Assembly: GCA_963666275.2 (NCBI GenBank)
Contig: CAXXOA010000001.1
Span: forward strand, 384,001-448,000
Length of the DNA stretch: 64,000 nt
Direction of reading: 5' to 3'
Origin: Oceanispirochaeta sp.
Lineage (GTDB): Bacteria; Spirochaetota; Spirochaetia; DSM-2461
Made by a program: the position numbers and the translations under genes. The notes under the pieces are model-generated. The model was given only the letters and a program-made list of their open reading frames with translations. It was not told the origin of the DNA and ran no database searches. Of the stretch, positions 18,922 through 29,342 are shown piece by piece (within the stretch, counting starts at the first letter, position 1; each line of letters starts with the position of its first letter).

Positions 18922-20706
18922 ATGAAAGATAACAGAAAATTTTCCCGGATCCCAATACTCCTTCAAACCGCCTATGTGATCTGGATATTTTTTCAGACCT
19001 GGCAGCTCTCACAAAGCCATATCAATGGGGACGCTCTGTTTTTTGGTGCCAGTCTGGCTGTGCAGCTGATGGCAGTGGTTCTTATTTTCCTTGTGACCCT
19101 GAAAAAGGGGAGAATAGAGCTGCTTCTCCTGCCTTTCTTTTTCTGGATGCTGATCATGGTGGGAGGACAATTCGGGAATTACCACTCCCCGGCGGGGGGA
19201 ACTCAGCAATTTGAACACCTCTCCGGGGAAGAGAAAAAGCTGTTACGGGCAGCCGGGAAAGGATCAGCCCAGAAGATTCTGGGGCTTCAGGAAAAGTATC
19301 ATTACTCTCCGGATTTTCTGAAAAAAGCCATGCACCAGGCCCTGGTAAAGGATAATCGCGAAATGTTTCAGGCGGCGGAGGAGCTGGGAATACCTCTGGA
19401 CAGGCTCAATCCAGAGGACTTATATTTCCAGCCCTGGATTCATCAGGCTGTGATGGAAGAAGCTTTAGATGTGATGGCCTACCTTCTGGAAAGGGGAATT
19501 TCTGTTGATTCAACAGGTCCCCTGGGGATGACAGCCCTTATGGTGGCGGCTTATGAGGGCAAACCCCGGGCAGTAGAGTTTCTGATCTCTCAGAGGGCCG
19601 ACCTGGAAGTTATGAATAACCGGGGATTCCGAGCTATCGATCTCAGCGTCATGGATGAATGGGACGGGCCTTTGAATGACAGACAGCATATTGTAGAGGT
19701 GAAACAAACCATCTTCGATCAGCTGGTTCAGGCAGGCTCAGCTAAGGAAGCATTGAATCCCTATAGTCTGACACTGCTGGATCTGTCGGGGAACTGGCTG
19801 GGGGACCATCTGGAAAGTTTGGGGTATAAGCATGGAGCGGAAACCTTCGATTACGGAGAAACTCTCCTTCATCAGGCGGCAGAGAAGGGTGATCTTCAGC
19901 TGATAAGGGAGATTATGGATGAAGGGGCCATACCCATTGATTACGGAAGCTGGCAGGAATGGAGGTCCCCCCTCTTCTTCAGTCTTTATAACCAGGAGAA
20001 TACAGCTGCACTGAAGCTCCTGGTGGACCGGGGAACCGATGTGAACCTGCCTGATAGAGAGGGACTTACGCCTCTGATGTACGGCTGCTCCCATATAACT
20101 GAATCCTCAGAGCCTCTTCAATATCTGCTGGACCATGGAGCCGATCCTTTACTGGAATCTGATGAAGGCTTAAACGCCCTGGACTATCTGACGGACAATC
20201 CCCATCTGGATTTCAGCCTCTGGAAAGAAATGATTCAAAGGGGGATTCCCGTTGATTCAGCTGTGATGGCGAAAGCGGTAAAGTCCTGGTTCGAAACAAA
20301 GGATTTTATCCTGAATAGGGATCAGGATCTTACCCCTTCTGAAAAAAAGGTCAAACTAAGCGCCAACGATGCCGGTCTGGCCTGGATCTGGGAGCAGGGA
20401 GAGGGGGCTATAGCTGAAGATCAGTGGGATGGTCTTCTTATGGCGGCAGCCAGTTATTCCAATCTGCCCTGTTTCCGGATAGCCCTGGCTCACGGCGGTA
20501 ATCCCGACTTTGAAGACAGGGGTGTCTCTGTTGTTCAGAGGATACTGATTGAAGACGGGATAGAACTTATGAAGTCCCTGGTAGAGAATCACCCCCGGTG
20601 GCAGAATCTCCCGGAGGATCATGAGAGGCTGAACTGCCTTCAGGAGGAAGCGGAAGAGTACGTTTCCTTTGATCTGTTAGATTACTTTACAGATATGGGA
20701 GCATAG
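18922..20706 (+). CDS. 3-TM-anchored ankyrin-repeat protein
   Basis: Collinear paralog of 20870..22897 (PWIHQA, GMTALMVAA, EWRSPLF, GLTPLMYGC). Ends early at YFTDMGA. Confidence 0.9.
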   Translation: MKDNRKFSRIPILLQTAYVIWIFFQTWQLSQSHINGDALFFGASLAVQLMAVVLIFLVTLKKGRIELLLLPFFFWMLIMVGGQFGNYHSPAGGTQQFEHLSGEEKKLLRAAGKGSAQKILGLQEKYHYSPDFLKKAMHQALVKDNREMFQAAEELGIPLDRLNPEDLYFQPWIHQAVMEEALDVMAYLLERGISVDSTGPLGMTALMVAAYEGKPRAVEFLISQRADLEVMNNRGFRAIDLSVMDEWDGPLNDRQHIVEVKQTIFDQLVQAGSAKEALNPYSLTLLDLSGNWLGDHLESLGYKHGAETFDYGETLLHQAAEKGDLQLIREIMDEGAIPIDYGSWQEWRSPLFFSLYNQENTAALKLLVDRGTDVNLPDREGLTPLMYGCSHITESSEPLQYLLDHGADPLLESDEGLNALDYLTDNPHLDFSLWKEMIQRGIPVDSAVMAKAVKSWFETKDFILNRDQDLTPSEKKVKLSANDAGLAWIWEQGEGAIAEDQWDGLLMAAASYSNLPCFRIALAHGGNPDFEDRGVSVVQRILIEDGIELMKSLVENHPRWQNLPEDHERLNCLQEEAEEYVSFDLLDYFTDMGA

Positions 20707-20869
20707 AGTTCTACTGCCGGTGAAGAATACTCTTGAAAAAAGACATTCCCTGAAATGAAAAAAAAGACGATGGGCTTTGACGGAGTTCGGTGTTTAATAG
20801 TATGCTCCTGTTTAATAAGTAAACGAATATCTTTGTTTTCCTTACATCCCAGTTTAACCGGAGTCCCCC

Positions 20870-22897
20870 ATGAAAAAAGAAGCGAAACGTTTCCCCTGGC
20901 TGTTGTTCCTTGTTCAGATCGCCTATGTGATCTGGATCTTTTTTAAAACCTACAAGCTGTCCCGTGTCAATGACGACGATGCGGCTCTTTTTTACAGGAT
21001 CAGTCTGATCGCCCTGCTGCTGACGGGATTTTTTATCAATTTTTCTGATGAAATAAAAAAATACAGGAAAGTGTTCCTCATAGTGCCTTTTTCTCTCTGG
21101 ATGGTCCTAATCGCCGGGGGGATGATCAAAGACTACAGTCCCGAAGAGGCGGCCAGGGAAAAACTCTTCAAGGCCGCCGAATCCGGAAAAGCCGAAAAGA
21201 TCCTTTCTCTTCAGGAAAAGCATGAATATTCCCGGGACACTCTGGAAACGGCCATGTGGTATGGCATCTATTCGGATAATCCCGGGGTGTTTAGGGCAGC
21301 AAATGAACTGGGACTCTCTCTGGATTCTCCTTCCCGCCCTTTCGATCCCGAGCAGACCCTCTCCTGGCCCTGGATCCATCAGGCCGCGGAAGAGGAAGCT
21401 CTGGATGTTATGACATACCTCCTGGAAGCGGGAATCCCTGTTGATAGCGCCGATCCCCGTGGAATAACTCCCCTGATGGTTGCTGCGGACCGTTCCAGAC
21501 CCGGAGCTGTGGAGTTTCTGATCAGTCAGGGAGCCTATCTGGAAGCTGTAGATGACCGGGGTTACCGGGCTATCGAGATCGGTGTATTGAACAACTGGGG
21601 CGGCGACGAAGAGGAGGAGAAAAAGGTTTTTGATCTCTTTGTGCAGGCCGGCTCGGATACGGAAAAGAGGAATCGCTACGGCCATACCCTGCTGAATATG
21701 GCCCGGTATCCTCTGGATGATTACCTGGAGAGCCTGGGATATGAGTCTGGAGCGGAATTGGATTTCGGAGAAACTGACCTCCACAAGGCCGCCGAAAGGG
21801 GCGATCTGAAAGAGATCCGCCGCATCCTCGATAATGATGAGGTTTTCATTGATTTCGGCGACCGGGATGAGTGGCGGTCTCCCCTGTTCTACAGCCTGTA
21901 TAACCTGGATAACACCCCGGCTCTGAAACTCCTTGTGGATAGGGGAGCCGATGTGAACCTGCCCGACAAAAACGGCATTACCCCTCTGATGTACGGATGC
22001 TACAACATCTGGAACTCTTCGGTGTCCCAGCTCTATCTGCTGGATCACGGGGCCGATCCCTTTATGGTCAGCAATGAGGGCTTTACAGTTATGGACTTTC
22101 TCATGGACAACAGCCTGCAGGATTTCACCCTCTGGAAGGCCCTTATTGAAAGGGGCGTTCCCGTGGATCGCCAGGTTCTGATGACATCAGTCTACTCCTG
22201 GTACCAGACAAAAGACTACACCCTCCATTACGAAGAGGATATTTCCTCCGCCGGCAGAAGGCGGAAGCTGGCGGCCCTTGATGCGGATCTGGCCTGGATC
22301 TGGCAGAAAGGGGAGAGTTCCCTGACCGGGGAGGAATGGGGAGGACCTCTTCTGGCTGCGGCGGAGTACAACAATCTGCCCTGCTTCCAGATCGCTCTCT
22401 CCCATGGAGGCTCACTGGATTATGAGTACGAGGATGTGTCGGTCACCCGCAGGATCCTGATTGAAGACGGCCTGGAGCTTATGAAATACCTGGTTGCAGA
22501 AGATAAGGCCTGGCAGAATCTGGCGGAGGATCAGGAGAGACTGAACCATGTCTTTCATGAGTCTGTGGTCTATGGCTCCATCGGCCTGGCTGAGTATTTT
22601 ATGGATTTGGGAGCGGATATCCATTCCAGAGGCGATGTATTTTTTCACGGGGGCGAGGGGACGCCGGTTTTATTTGAAGTTGAACCATCCGAACCGGCAA
22701 CAGGCTCGTCTTTCAGAGACAAGGAAGATCTTGTGGTGGCCCTCTATAAACTGCTCATACAGAGAGGCGCCGATCTGAAGGCTGTGGATAAAGAGGGAGA
22801 TACGGTAAGGGAATCCCTCTCCTGGCGGAACAGCAATCAGGAAAAGCTGCTCCTCAGGGCTCTGGATGAGCTGGGGATCGATCCGGAGGATGTGTGA
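20870..22897 (+). CDS. 3-TM-anchored ankyrin-repeat protein (longest paralog)
   Basis: Anchor KRFPWLLFLVQIAYVIW, then repeats GITPLMVAA, GETDLHKAA and GITPLMYGC. Confidence 0.9.
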   Translation: MKKEAKRFPWLLFLVQIAYVIWIFFKTYKLSRVNDDDAALFYRISLIALLLTGFFINFSDEIKKYRKVFLIVPFSLWMVLIAGGMIKDYSPEEAAREKLFKAAESGKAEKILSLQEKHEYSRDTLETAMWYGIYSDNPGVFRAANELGLSLDSPSRPFDPEQTLSWPWIHQAAEEEALDVMTYLLEAGIPVDSADPRGITPLMVAADRSRPGAVEFLISQGAYLEAVDDRGYRAIEIGVLNNWGGDEEEEKKVFDLFVQAGSDTEKRNRYGHTLLNMARYPLDDYLESLGYESGAELDFGETDLHKAAERGDLKEIRRILDNDEVFIDFGDRDEWRSPLFYSLYNLDNTPALKLLVDRGADVNLPDKNGITPLMYGCYNIWNSSVSQLYLLDHGADPFMVSNEGFTVMDFLMDNSLQDFTLWKALIERGVPVDRQVLMTSVYSWYQTKDYTLHYEEDISSAGRRRKLAALDADLAWIWQKGESSLTGEEWGGPLLAAAEYNNLPCFQIALSHGGSLDYEYEDVSVTRRILIEDGLELMKYLVAEDKAWQNLAEDQERLNHVFHESVVYGSIGLAEYFMDLGADIHSRGDVFFHGGEGTPVLFEVEPSEPATGSSFRDKEDLVVALYKLLIQRGADLKAVDKEGDTVRESLSWRNSNQEKLLLRALDELGIDPEDV

Positions 22898-22926
22898 TGT
22901 TTCACCGGAGAAGAGGGAGGAATAAA

Positions 22927-23829
22927 ATGGGAAGAAGAGATTTGAAAAAATATCTGTTGCGGATCTGCCTCTGTGCTTTGCTTCCGTCTCTATCCGCTCA
23001 GTCGGAAAACCGCCTGCTGGAACTGACAAAACCCTATATGAACGGTCCGGATGTGATGTTCCTGCAGCAGCAGCTGATCTATCTGGGTTACGATCCGGGT
23101 TCAGACGGGGCTGATGGCTGGTTCGGCCCCAGAACCTCACAGATGGTGAAAAGCTATGAAGAAGATCACAGCCTGACAATAGACGGCCAATGGCCTTCCG
23201 GGACCCCTCTTACGGATATGAAAACGTCCTACTCTGTGAGTCCGCTGGAGACAGTTCCAGCCAGGATCAGTCCCCTGGCTACCTTCAGGAACCATCAGTT
23301 CAGTCATCTGGAAGGTTCCCTTAGCTATCATACCTATTTCGGTGCATTTACCGTGACATACCATACCCAGGGCGGTCCGGAACCTTACCTGACACTGGAT
23401 GTGGGACGACGGGAATTTTATGTTACCAGTGGTTTTGAACTCTCTCCGGACGGACGATTCCTGCTGATGGAACAATGGGATCTTTCCAGCTCTTCCGGAT
23501 CCCAGGGGTTCGATATTATCGATCTCCTGACAGGCCAGAATTTTTTTATATCCTACTGGAAACTGGATCCGGAAAAGGATCGGGGCCTGAGAGATACGGT
23601 TTACAGGGTGAACCTCAGGTGGATCGATGACAATACCATCGCCGCCAATCCGGAGTTTGATTACAGGCAGTTTGACGGCCATCCGGGGCATGAAGAGGCT
23701 TTGAAGGAGGAACTGGGAGAGCTGGCAGGAGTCAGTGATCCCCTGGATCTCGGCTGGTATGCCCTCTCCTTCGGTTCTCCCGAGGCCGGTGAAATCCTCG
23801 GTCCCGCAAGGTTTGTCGCAAAGGATTAG
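22927..23829 (+). CDS. Secreted protein with a peptidoglycan-binding (PG_binding_1-like) domain
   Basis: GGGAGG RBS, signal peptide ending SLSA, and GPDVMFLQQQLIYLGYDPG..ADGWFGPRT...LTIDG motif. Confidence 0.8.
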   Translation: MGRRDLKKYLLRICLCALLPSLSAQSENRLLELTKPYMNGPDVMFLQQQLIYLGYDPGSDGADGWFGPRTSQMVKSYEEDHSLTIDGQWPSGTPLTDMKTSYSVSPLETVPARISPLATFRNHQFSHLEGSLSYHTYFGAFTVTYHTQGGPEPYLTLDVGRREFYVTSGFELSPDGRFLLMEQWDLSSSSGSQGFDIIDLLTGQNFFISYWKLDPEKDRGLRDTVYRVNLRWIDDNTIAANPEFDYRQFDGHPGHEEALKEELGELAGVSDPLDLGWYALSFGSPEAGEILGPARFVAKD

Positions 23830-23940
23830 ATCAGAAAGGGCTGGTTCTCATCAATCACGATAGGCTGCTTACAGGCAAAATACCTGAAGATTTTTCCCGG
23901 TGGCTATCCCGAGAGCCGGGGGCATAATCCTCTGGCTCCT

Positions 23941-24432
23941 TCAATCCTTCCGGGGTCTTTCCCAACGGTTGAAGGTCAGGTTTCTGTCATTCTGTGATGA
24001 CCAGCCTTCATAGATGTCCTCTGTCCGTTTGAATAAGCTGAAATGGCCTGTTCCACGGGAACCCCAGTCGGAATCAAAGCGCCATTCCTCCCTGTCATAA
24101 TCATATGCCACGTTGGTCAGTCCTGATGTAAAAATGAAGTTCACAGAATAGGAATTCATTTGGACATGCGTACCATCACGCCGTATGGACTGATGCATTT
24201 CCAGTGATCCGTCTTTTTCCGATACCACAAATGTTCCACCGTAAAGGAAATCCTGGTTCACAAGCATATACTGATTCCATTCACCGAGAATGGGGAGGGA
24301 GGTCGGCTCGTTTGTCTGTTCTTCCGGAAGATATCCCTGGGATAGGGAGGTACAGCCGGAGAGGAGCAGGAACACCAGGGAGATCAGTGTCATTTTGACA
24401 GGAAGAATCGGTTTTGATTGCGTTTGCACCAT
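23941..24432 (-). CDS. Hypothetical lipoprotein
   Basis: Lipobox LLLSGC followed by a beta-rich domain. The start could be ATG 24393. Confidence 0.7.
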   Translation of the reverse strand: MVQTQSKPILPVKMTLISLVFLLLSGCTSLSQGYLPEEQTNEPTSLPILGEWNQYMLVNQDFLYGGTFVVSEKDGSLEMHQSIRRDGTHVQMNSYSVNFIFTSGLTNVAYDYDREEWRFDSDWGSRGTGHFSLFKRTEDIYEGWSSQNDRNLTFNRWERPRKD

Positions 24433-24581
24433 ATAGTAAAATCCTTTTGATTTGATTATTGCTGACTGCCGGGAAATTCATAAGAGAAACTCCCATGTTA
24501 TAGTATATGGCAGTTTTTTAATAGAGGAGTTTTATGAGACCAACGGACAATGACGTCTCATTCTTTTCCTTCCTTTTCCTG

Positions 24582-25985
24582 TCAGTACTTCTTCAGTAAT
24601 TCATTAATTTCCGGCCGGAACCGGTCTTCCCGGGCCATCCGGATCCATTCCGGTTCCGGCCTGGCTCCCCGTTCCAGGAAGTAGGCCAGGGCCTCGGGGT
24701 TGTTGCTGTCTATGGTCCTTGTCAGAACAGTCCGGTCCTTATACTGCACATCCCATCGGGCGCCGTTTTCCATAAGCAGCTTTGCCAGGGGCAGGACATC
24801 TTCGTACCACATCAGATCCAGAATGGCATACCTTCCCGCAAGGGTCCTTTGATTGGGATCGGCCCCGGCCTCCAGCAGAAATCTGATAATCTCCAGGCTT
24901 TCGCCGGGGAGGGAAGGATCGTACTGGACGCAGGCTTTATAGAGGGGACGGATCCGGGCGTCGGCACTGACTTCCAGGAGCAGCGGCCGGGTCCTGAGAA
25001 GTTCCCGCACCTTTTCCAGGTCCCTTTCCCCTATGGCTCTATGAAGGACTGTTTCTTTGTTTTCGTCCCTTTCGATGGGAATCGCCCCCATCCGGACCAG
25101 TCTGTTCCGGCTGGCTTGGTCCTCCGTTTTCATATAGGGAGTTTCCCCTTCCCGGTCCGGCAGATTGATATCAGCTCCCAGAGCCGTCAGGGTTTCCATG
25201 GCTTCCCACAGCGCATCGGGATTCCCGGCCCATTCCAGGGAGGCCACCAGTGTATGCAGGGGAGGGTTGCTCGGCAAAGGCCAGCTGTCTTTCTCCCGCA
25301 GGTGGATATTCGGATTCACCCCGCGGTTAATAAGATGGGTGAGCATGTCCTTATCAAAGTCCCTGTTCAGGGGAAGAGCGGCAAACAACTGCTGACCCAT
25401 GCGGTAGTGAGGGTCCGCTCCGAGCTCTACCAGCCTGTCGTAGGCGTCGGTCGACCCGATATCCACGGCGGTCTGCAGAGGGGATTCGTCGGTCAGGTGA
25501 TAGTTATTCAGGTCCACCCCCTGCTCCGCAAGGAGCTCCACCATCTCCCATCGGCCGGCCCTGACCGCGCGGCAGAGGGAGGACTCCATCTGGCCAGGGG
25601 AGATCCCTTCGGCGGTATACCTGTCAGCCGAAACTGTACGGGGGTATCTTGTCAGGAGTCTCTCCGCCCTATTCAGGTTATTCTTCTCGACCGCTGCATA
25701 GAGTCTGTCGTCGGGAAAGGGAACAGAGTGGATCAGGGTGATCAGATAGACCGCCGTAAGAAAGAAGGCCGAAGCGATTCGGATCAGGATAGACTTTATG
25801 AGAGATCTTTTAGGCCAGGGGAACAGAAAGGCCAGCACCAGCAGGCCGGTAATGAGTATCCCCAGGGAGGCCCTTGCGGGACTCTGGATTCCCCGGCGCA
25901 GATTGTGAAAGCTGATGCTGAAGGTCAGGCCTATGAGGATCAGAGCAGCAGAAATGAGGAGAACGTATCTGAATCTGGAGGTCAT
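24582..25985 (-). CDS. 3-TM-anchored ankyrin-repeat protein
   Basis: Three hydrophobic helices, then ESPLQTAV, NPPLHTLV, ETVLHRAI and FLLEAGADPN. AAGGAG RBS. Confidence 0.88.
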   Translation of the reverse strand: MTSRFRYVLLISAALILIGLTFSISFHNLRRGIQSPARASLGILITGLLVLAFLFPWPKRSLIKSILIRIASAFFLTAVYLITLIHSVPFPDDRLYAAVEKNNLNRAERLLTRYPRTVSADRYTAEGISPGQMESSLCRAVRAGRWEMVELLAEQGVDLNNYHLTDESPLQTAVDIGSTDAYDRLVELGADPHYRMGQQLFAALPLNRDFDKDMLTHLINRGVNPNIHLREKDSWPLPSNPPLHTLVASLEWAGNPDALWEAMETLTALGADINLPDREGETPYMKTEDQASRNRLVRMGAIPIERDENKETVLHRAIGERDLEKVRELLRTRPLLLEVSADARIRPLYKACVQYDPSLPGESLEIIRFLLEAGADPNQRTLAGRYAILDLMWYEDVLPLAKLLMENGARWDVQYKDRTVLTRTIDSNNPEALAYFLERGARPEPEWIRMAREDRFRPEINELLKKY

Positions 25986-26040
25986 GAGGGCTCCTTTTGT
26001 CCCTTTTTATCCCGGTCCGGCTGAGAAATCCGGTCTTTCA

Positions 26041-27561
26041 TCACCAGTCTATGGGAAAGTAGTCTTTCAGGAATTTGCCGCACCAGTGTTCTCCTGTATT
26101 GATTCCGTCGAAAACAGGATCCAGGACCCGGGCCGCTCCATCCACTATATCCAGGGGGGGCTGAAAATCGTGGAGTTCTTCTTTGCGTTTTGAAAGCTGC
26201 GCCGGATCTTCATCTGTGACCCATCCTGTATCCACCGCATTCATATAGATTCCGTGTCGTTCCAGTTCCCCCGCAGAGGTGTGTGTCAGCATGTTCAGGG
26301 CGGCTTTGGCCATATTGGTGTGAGGATGACGCTCTCCCTTTTTAAACCGCAGGAACTTCCCCTCCATGGCCGAGACGTTGACAATGTGTTTCTGCCCTGT
26401 ATTCTCTCTCTGCATAAACGGGGTCAGCTTGTTGCAGAGTACAAAGGGGGCTACCGCATTGACAAGCTGGATTTCGAGCATTTCCGAGGTTTGAACCTCC
26501 CCCAGTTTCAAACGCCAGCTGTTGGTGGTCCGCAGATCCACCTGCTGCAGGTCCACATCCAGTTCTCCCCGGGGAAAAACAGTTTCCACCGATTTCTCTT
26601 CATCAAAGTCATAGGGCACCTGGGAGAGCCGGGCGGATTCGCGCAGTCCTATCCCGGGAGCTTTTCCTCCCCAGGTGGCGGGAAGGGTGGATCCCTGGCC
26701 GATGGCAGGGCGGGAGAACGACTCCAGGCGGTCTGTGAAAATATGGAAGTTTTTCAGGAGTTCCGCCACGGGAGTTGCCATTTCGGACAGATCCATCAGT
26801 TCATTGTCCATAAGATGGGCGTAAAACTCCGCAGGGCGCCTGACGGTCTGGGCGGCATTGTTGATAAGGATATCCAGACGGGGATAGGTCTGTTCCACAT
26901 GGTTGCAGAACAGTTCCACGCTGGGGGTATGCCTCAGGTCCAGGCCGTAGATATGGAGTCTGTGTCCCCACTGGGAAAAGTCTTTTTCCTTTGCATAGCG
27001 TATAGCGGAATCTACGGGAAACCGGGTTGTGGCAATGACCCGGGCGCCGGCTCTGAGGAGCATAAGAGTAGCCTGGTAGCCGATTTTAAGACGCGAACCA
27101 GTGATCAGGGCGACCTGACCGGTTAGATCGGCAGTCTGAAAGCGTTTCCTGTAGTTCAGTTCCGCACAGGAAGGACACATGGCGTCATAGAAAAAATGGA
27201 GACGGGTGAATTCAGTTTTACAGACATAGCAGTTCCGGGGGGACTGAAGAACCGGGGCATCCTCTGTATCCCCGGCAGGACCGGAAATCTGCAGGGGGGC
27301 TGTAAAGACTTTTTTTGTCCTTGCCCGGCGTATTCCCGTGGAAGCCCGGGCTTCTCTCTCTTTCAGGGAGGCTTCCTGTTTCAGAAGCTTTCTTTTGGCC
27401 TTGTTCTTTTTACGGATCTCCTGGGCATCCGGACGGGACAAACGGCCGGCCAGTTTCAGAATCTCTATCTGTTTTTCCCGGGGAATGGCAGAAAAGCCTT
27501 CCGGTTTTTCAACACACTCCCTCAGGAAGACTATGCAGTTTTCAATATCAATATTTGTCAT
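26041..27561 (-). CDS. SDR-family oxidoreductase with an N-terminal Cys4 zinc-finger-like extension
   Basis: CYVCK...[44 protein letters not shown] and AVDTGWV. Confidence 0.85.
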   Translation of the reverse strand: MTNIDIENCIVFLRECVEKPEGFSAIPREKQIEILKLAGRLSRPDAQEIRKKNKAKRKLLKQEASLKEREARASTGIRRARTKKVFTAPLQISGPAGDTEDAPVLQSPRNCYVCKTEFTRLHFFYDAMCPSCAELNYRKRFQTADLTGQVALITGSRLKIGYQATLMLLRAGARVIATTRFPVDSAIRYAKEKDFSQWGHRLHIYGLDLRHTPSVELFCNHVEQTYPRLDILINNAAQTVRRPAEFYAHLMDNELMDLSEMATPVAELLKNFHIFTDRLESFSRPAIGQGSTLPATWGGKAPGIGLRESARLSQVPYDFDEEKSVETVFPRGELDVDLQQVDLRTTNSWRLKLGEVQTSEMLEIQLVNAVAPFVLCNKLTPFMQRENTGQKHIVNVSAMEGKFLRFKKGERHPHTNMAKAALNMLTHTSAGELERHGIYMNAVDTGWVTDEDPAQLSKRKEELHDFQPPLDIVDGAARVLDPVFDGINTGEHWCGKFLKDYFPIDW

Positions 27562-27632
27562 TAGAACCTCTTATCATTTCTGCGGTTCTTATGCAATTCG
27601 CAAACCTTAATATATGAAAGATAAAAGGTCCT

Positions 27633-29342
27633 TTAGACCCCTTTCTCCAGATAGTCAAAGTATTTCTCCATCTCCCCGCTGAAGAGGGCAATCTCCTCGG
27701 CGTCCTGCTTTTCCAGCAGTGATTCGAACTGACCCAGAACCTTGCCGATCTTTGTCCGCTCCTCACCCAGATACTCTTCCCATAGCCTCTCTCCGCGCGC
27801 TATAAGGGCCTTGTTTTTTCCCGTCTCCCGGGGGTGGATTTTCAGGGCTTCCAGTTTTTTCAGCTGTTTCTCCAGTTCCTCCCTGGAGAGAACTCCGGGA
27901 TTCTCCTCAATGATGAGGCTCTTTCTTTCACCTGTTTCAGGAATATGGACTTCCACCTCCAGAAGGCCGTTGATGTCGTAGGTATAACGGACTTCTACTG
28001 CAATGCGGCCCGCCGGGGCGGAGGGGATGTCCACACTGATGGTCCCCAGCCTTATGTTGTCTTTTACCTGCCTGTGTTCACCCTGGTAGACTTCGATCTT
28101 CATTTGCTTCTGGTTGTCTTTGACCGTTCCCAGCCGCTCCATCCGGGAAACAGGCACGGTGCTGTTCCGGTTTATAATGGGCAGGAACATTCCCGGGCGC
28201 CTCATCTCCCCCTGTACATCCATGACAGCAGTTCCCAGGGTATAGGGGCAGATATCCGTGAGAATCACATCCTCAAGGGCTTTGTCCCGGGCTTTGAGGC
28301 CCCCCTGGATTCCCGCTCCCATCCCCACTATTTCATCGGGGTTCAGGGAGAGAGAAGGAATTCGTTTGAATATTTTATAGATCATATCCCGGAAGATCGC
28401 CATTCGGGTGGCACCTCCCACCAGCACAAGCTCGTCGATCTCTCCGGTATCGACTCTGGCATCCCGTATGGTCCGTTCGATCGGTCTGTAGAGCTTTTCC
28501 AGCAGGGGAGCGGCCGCATGGGTGAACTCTTCCCGGGTGATAGTCAGGTCCCGCTTCCGGGCTGTCCCTGATACGGCCTTTCCAAGGGTAACGCTTATGG
28601 TAGAGGATTCCTTTTCGGAAAGGGCGAATTTACACTTCTCAGCCTGACGGTAGAGGATCTCCCTTTCCTTCTCCGTCAGAGAGGAGAGGGAAAAGGAGTG
28701 TTGATCCAAAAAAAACTGAACCAGAACCTCAGTAAAATCTTCTCCTCCCAGGCGGTTGTCTCCGGCTACAGCGTGGACTTCCATGATCCCATCGGTGAAC
28801 TCCAGAAGAGACACGTCGAAGGTTCCCCCTCCCAGGTCCAGAACAAGAAACATCCCGTCTCCGAATCTTTCGTGCAGACCGTAGGCAATGGCAGCCGCGG
28901 TGGGTTCATTCACAAGCCTTTCCACCTTGAGGCCCGCCAGTATCCCGGCGTTTCGGGTGGCCTTCCTCTGAGTATCATTAAAATAGGCGGGAACGGAAAT
29001 CACTGCCTCTTCCACTTTTTCTCCCAGAAAGACTTCCGCATCCTCCTTCAAAGAGCGCAGTACAAGAGAGGAGAGCTCCTCGGGAAGGAAGTTCCGGTTT
29101 CCCAGGGTAAAAACCTTTCCCGAGCCCATGTCTCTTTTGAAAAAAGAGGCCGATTCCTGAGGATGTGTTATCAGCCTGTTCCGGGCGCTTTCACCCACCA
29201 GAATTGTTCCTTCTGCGTCTACATTGATCACAGAGGGGGTCAGTGTACTTCCCAGGCTGTTGGGGATGAGCTGAACCTTCTCTCCGTTCCAGTAGGAAAC
29301 CAGTGAGTTGGTGGTTCCCAGATCTATTCCTATAATTGCCAT
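27633..29342 (-). CDS. hscC: Hsp70-family chaperone, HscC (Hsc62) type
   Basis: GIDLGTTNS, DLGGGTFDVS and LVGGATRM. 569 aa with LKIHPRE C-terminal region. Follows a DjlB/C-like gene. Confidence 0.88.
   Translation of the reverse strand: MAIIGIDLGTTNSLVSYWNGEKVQLIPNSLGSTLTPSVINVDAEGTILVGESARNRLITHPQESASFFKRDMGSGKVFTLGNRNFLPEELSSLVLRSLKEDAEVFLGEKVEEAVISVPAYFNDTQRKATRNAGILAGLKVERLVNEPTAAAIAYGLHERFGDGMFLVLDLGGGTFDVSLLEFTDGIMEVHAVAGDNRLGGEDFTEVLVQFFLDQHSFSLSSLTEKEREILYRQAEKCKFALSEKESSTISVTLGKAVSGTARKRDLTITREEFTHAAAPLLEKLYRPIERTIRDARVDTGEIDELVLVGGATRMAIFRDMIYKIFKRIPSLSLNPDEIVGMGAGIQGGLKARDKALEDVILTDICPYTLGTAVMDVQGEMRRPGMFLPIINRNSTVPVSRMERLGTVKDNQKQMKIEVYQGEHRQVKDNIRLGTISVDIPSAPAGRIAVEVRYTYDINGLLEVEVHIPETGERKSLIIEENPGVLSREELEKQLKKLEALKIHPRETGKNKALIARGERLWEEYLGEERTKIGKVLGQFESLLEKQDAEEIALFSGEMEKYFDYLEKGV

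Noticed and set aside
17881..22897. Integron cassette array or diversity-generating retroelement behind the ankyrin paralogs
   Set aside because: No attC-like structures, integrase or reverse transcriptase are visible, and the differences between paralogs are not adenine-specific.
24849..26024. 391-aa plus-strand ORF (and similar ones at 33552..34586, 21107..22048, 1911..2750)
   Set aside because: All lie antisense to clear ankyrin genes and have atypical composition.
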